In this document: piece by piece, positions 63,303 to 64,000 of the stretch
Numbering within the stretch: the first letter of the stretch is position 1
Layout: every line of letters starts with the position of its first letter
DNA from: Octopus sinensis
Lineage: Eukaryota
Reading direction: 5' to 3'
Assembly: GCF_006345805.1 (NCBI RefSeq)
Contig: NW_021835956.1
Span: forward strand, 106,372 to 170,371
DNA: 64,000 nt
Notes under the pieces: model-generated
Database searches by the model: none
Told to the model about the DNA's origin: nothing
What the model saw: the letters and a program-made list of their open reading frames with translations, nothing else
Translations under genes and position numbers: made by a program

Positions 63303-63364
63303 TCAATATAAATTCAAATCCTGCCTGCATTCTTCCAGGGTCACCCTCCTCCAAATGTAAGGGT
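63303..63364 (-). CDS. Putative terminal coding exon of an unidentified host gene: (D)PYIWRRVTLEECRQDLNLY*
   Basis: Strong acceptor TATATTGATTTCTAACAG at 63365-63382 (minus). GC-richer, non-repetitive, protein-like phase-1 reading ending in TGA at 63303-63305, followed by T-rich UTR-like sequence. Upstream exons would lie beyond the window. Confidence 0.5.
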
Positions 63365-64000
63365 CTGTTAGAAATCAATATAAATTAGGCATCAAATCAT
63401 TGACGTACAGACACTAAAAGGAAGACAGAATACTAAGTAATTTGCAATAGACATATTAGAAGGCTAGCCTAAGGCTAAACATTTATAACTTCAGTACATT
63501 TCACATTCACACACACAAGCATATAGCTACACTATTTTATATCAAGGGGAATTATTTGTTAACAGGATACAGTTTATTGGTTTTGTTATATTTCTATTTT
63601 AATATTCACCACCAGAGGACACATTACTTCTTGCTTAGCTTCAAGCACAGCAGTTAAATTACAACTTGAAAACTCATGAATATAAGTGGTGTTCATAATT
63701 ATAAACATGGTTACAAATGAAAAGAAAAACAAACAAAAAAAAGGCTACTACCCCATCCCATATTGATCAGTCATTTCAACAAAACAAAACTGTGCTGTAT
63801 TTTGTAGTTTATTTCCAGAATGGTACAAGTTTTTTGTGTTAGTTAACCTCACAAAAAGTCAGAGGGAGACGAGAGAAACTACCTGCATCAACTTACTATA
63901 AAAGCAGGTAGCAATTTTACCTTATTTTTATTCTTAGTCCAAACTTGGAAGAGTGCAATTCAATTTTACTTCAATAATACAAACATGGACCAAGGAGGTT

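Overview
Eukaryotic, very AT-rich, microsatellite-dense DNA with no prokaryotic features. The repeat families and (TA)n/(CATA)n density look like an octopus (coleoid cephalopod) genome; this is inference from pattern recognition, not a database hit. Almost all ORFs in the supplied track are microsatellite or repeat artefacts. The real protein-coding signal is transposon-derived: (i) a young, 5'-truncated RTE-clade LINE (26755-31369). It has EN and RT domains, a PHD finger inserted inside the RT, only three single-base homopolymer frameshifts, and a 3'UTR expanded into a higher-order tandem array. (ii) Decayed RTE, CR1-like, R4/Dong-like and Penelope-like retroelements. (iii) A Helitron fragment, a FLYWCH-MULE transposon nested in a hAT-type MITE, mariner remnants, several MITEs and at least three tRNA-derived SINE families. 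The only plausible host coding signal is a minus-strand terminal exon (63303-63364, ...PYIWRRVTLEECRQDLNLY*), possibly followed by a very long 3'UTR running to about 49.8 kb; I cannot name the gene. The most interesting unexplained signals are structured RNAs: a type I hammerhead-ribozyme fold closed by a 37-bp stem (9163-9266, minus strand), degenerate minimal hammerheads in Penelope-like repeats, and several long hairpins in otherwise unique DNA (1641-1701, 36592-36715, 52172-52229). Repeat boundaries were placed by eye and are approximate unless TIRs or motifs are quoted.
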